64,000 bases of DNA from the NCBI GenBank assembly GCA_964291625.2, contig OZ220089.1, positions 2,784,001 through 2,848,000 of the forward strand, read 5' to 3'. Under the pieces are notes generated by a model. That model worked only from the letters and a program-made list of their open reading frames with translations, was not told the origin of the DNA and ran no database searches. This document shows, in pieces, positions 62,133 to 64,000 of this stretch. The DNA comes from Candidatus Latescibacterota bacterium (lineage in GTDB: Bacteria > Latescibacterota > UBA2968 > UBA8231). Position 1 is the stretch's first letter, and each line of letters begins with the position of its first letter. The translations under genes and the position numbers were made by a program.

Positions 62133-64000
62133 ATGGCCGAACGCCCAGATCCCCTCGTGGCCAGGAACAAGGGCTTCCACATCACCGGTGTGGTGCTGGT
62201 CGCGCTGGCCGCCTTCCTGGTGCTGAGCCTGGCCACCCACAGTCCCCAGGACCCGCCCAACTCGAGCCAGGCCGGCCAACCCGCCATGAACCGCGCCGGG
62301 TGGCTCGGCGCCCACGTCTCCTACGGTCTGCTCACCGCCGTCGGCTACGCCGCCTACGTCCTGCCCCTCCTCTCCGTGCTGTGGGCCTGGAACCGTTTCC
62401 GCCGCGGCCCGTGGAAGCCGTACGCCGCCCGTTCCCTCGGCATCGCCGGCATCGCCCTCTTCCTCTGTGTCGGTTCCGGCCTTCCCGACTGGTCCCGGTA
62501 CACCGCCTTCGAGTGGGGGGGGTGGCTCGGCACCTGGACCAGCGCCGCCGTGCTCGTCCCCTTCACCGGGCGGATCGGCTCCGCCATCCTGCTCATCGGC
62601 CTCCTCGGGGTCTCCCTGGTGCTGGCCACCGACATCGATCCCCGTCGCTGGGCGCAGGCATGGGCCGAGTGGCGCCGCCGCCGCCGCAGTCGCCGGCCCC
62701 GGGAAGAAGTGGAACAAGACCTCTGGGAGGAGGAGCCGTCGGAACCCCTCGAGGGGTCCGGACGTCCCCCGGCTGCCGGCGAGGAGGGGCCGGGAAGGGA
62801 GTCGCCGATGGCGGTCTCCATGGACCCGCCCCCGGAGCGCCCGGCACCTTCGCCGCCCCCGGAGGAGCCGCAGGAGCCCGAAGCGCCGGGGAGGCCCGTG
62901 GCGCTCATGGAGGCGGATCCCGTGCAGGAGGTCGTCCCTCCGGAGGACGGCGCCGCGCAGGATCCGCCCCTCCCGGTGGTGGAGGAGCCTCCGCCTTCGC
63001 GGCGGGTCCGCAACGGGTCCGCGGGCAACGGCCGTTCGCGCTCGGCACGTCCTGGCCCTGTCCCCGGGGGCGAGTCTCCGGAGTCCGGGGATTCCGCTGC
63101 CGGGGGCGCCGCGGCCAGGCCCCGCCCCCGGATCCGCCGCTACCGGCCCCCCGGTACGAAGCTGCTGGATCCGGTGCCGGCCGACCGCGGGCAGGTCGAC
63201 CGCGAGACCCTGCTCGAGAACGCCCGCGTCCTGCAGGAGGCGATGGCCAACTTCGACGTCATGGGGAAGGTCGTGGAGGTCAGCCCCGGTCCGGTGGTGA
63301 CGCGCTACGAGGTGGAACCCGCCGCCGGCGTCAAGGTGGGGCGCATCTCGGCCCTGGCCGACGATCTCGCCCGGGTCATGAGCGCCGAGGGGATCCGCAT
63401 CCAGGCCCCGGTGCCCGGCAAGTCCGTCGTCGGGGTGGAGATCGCCAACCACGGCCGCGAGACCGTCTACCTCCGCGAGATCGTCGAGTCCCGCGCCTTC
63501 CGCCGGGACGATTCCGAGCTCGCCATGGCCCTCGGCAAGACCATCTCCGGCGAGACCTACGTCACCGACCTGGCCAGGATGCCCCACCTGCTGGTGGCCG
63601 GCGCCACCGGGTCGGGCAAGAGCGTCTGCATCAACACCCTGATCTGCAGCCTCCTGCTGCGCGCCTCGCCCGACGAGGTCCGCCTCCTGATGGTCGATCC
63701 CAAGGTCGTGGAGCTGACCATCTACAACGACATCCCCCACCTCCTGGTGCCGGTCATCACCGAGCCGAAGAAGGCCGCCGAGGCCCTGCGCTGGGCCGTG
63801 GCCGAGATGGAGGCCCGCTACCAGCTGCTGGCCCGGATGGCGGTGCGCAATCTCGCCGACTACAACGCCAAGGTGGAGCGCATTCTCGCCGAAGGGGACG
63901 GCGCCGAGGGTACCGCCGAGGGCGAGGAAGTGCGCAAGCTCCCCTACATCGTCATCGTCATCGATGAGTTCGCCGACCTCATGCTGACCGCTCCCGCCGA
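62133..64000 (+). CDS. ftsK: DNA translocase FtsK (runs off the window end)
   Basis: N-terminal 4TM region, Pro/Glu-rich linker, PGPVVTRYE, MPHLLVAGATGSGKS, IDEFADLM, all in frame with ATG 62133. Confidence 0.93.
   Translation, partial: MAERPDPLVARNKGFHITGVVLVALAAFLVLSLATHSPQDPPNSSQAGQPAMNRAGWLGAHVSYGLLTAVGYAAYVLPLLSVLWAWNRFRRGPWKPYAARSLGIAGIALFLCVGSGLPDWSRYTAFEWGGWLGTWTSAAVLVPFTGRIGSAILLIGLLGVSLVLATDIDPRRWAQAWAEWRRRRRSRRPREEVEQDLWEEEPSEPLEGSGRPPAAGEEGPGRESPMAVSMDPPPERPAPSPPPEEPQEPEAPGRPVALMEADPVQEVVPPEDGAAQDPPLPVVEEPPPSRRVRNGSAGNGRSRSARPGPVPGGESPESGDSAAGGAAARPRPRIRRYRPPGTKLLDPVPADRGQVDRETLLENARVLQEAMANFDVMGKVVEVSPGPVVTRYEVEPAAGVKVGRISALADDLARVMSAEGIRIQAPVPGKSVVGVEIANHGRETVYLREIVESRAFRRDDSELAMALGKTISGETYVTDLARMPHLLVAGATGSGKSVCINTLICSLLLRASPDEVRLLMVDPKVVELTIYNDIPHLLVPVITEPKKAAEALRWAVAEMEARYQLLARMAVRNLADYNAKVERILAEGDGAEGTAEGEEVRKLPYIVIVIDEFADLMLTAPA

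Noticed and set aside
1-64000. tRNA, rRNA or riboswitch genes
   Set aside because: Intergenic gaps are short and I saw no cloverleaf or known aptamer signatures; a covariance-model search would be needed to exclude them formally

Overview
GC-rich bacterial chromosomal segment of about 55 densely packed genes. It is probably from an FCB-superphylum lineage such as Latescibacterota/Gemmatimonadota; this is inferred from the FlgD-Ig/'NYPNPFNP' C-terminal domains and cohesin/dockerin-like modules. I found no rRNA, tRNA, CRISPR array, integrase or transposase. In order, it contains: a polyamine-type ABC transporter operon interrupted by decayed toxin-antitoxin cassettes; SulP, methyltransferase and kinase genes; a type III R-M pair whose Res nuclease looks dead; GH88/dehydratase genes; a Tat-AKR, ThDP enzyme and frameshifted O-methyltransferase; an aquaporin-MlrC-Gfo operon; a guaB-led operon ending in a phosphonate-associated ADH and phnA; a heterodimeric ABC exporter; rdgB; a TPR gene divergent from a permease plus PQQ-propeller/transglutaminase/TPR fusion; hisGDB; a YfhO (GT-C) gene beside a 1718-aa secreted dockerin/cohesin/FlgD-Ig protein and a second FlgD-Ig protein; moaD-moaE, cdaR-like, tsaD; and the 5' part of ftsK. 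Three signals are most notable. (i) A candidate surface-layer and O-glycosylation system: YfhO, the giant potentially self-assembling protein, and D-S/T-(A/I/L/V/M/T) sequons apparently enriched in exported proteins and amplified in a TPR protein. (ii) Small cassettes inserted at gene stop codons with duplication of the gene 3' end, seen twice with no recombinase in the window. (iii) An ATPase-intact but nuclease-degenerate type III Res. All family assignments are by-eye motif recognition; no database searches were run.
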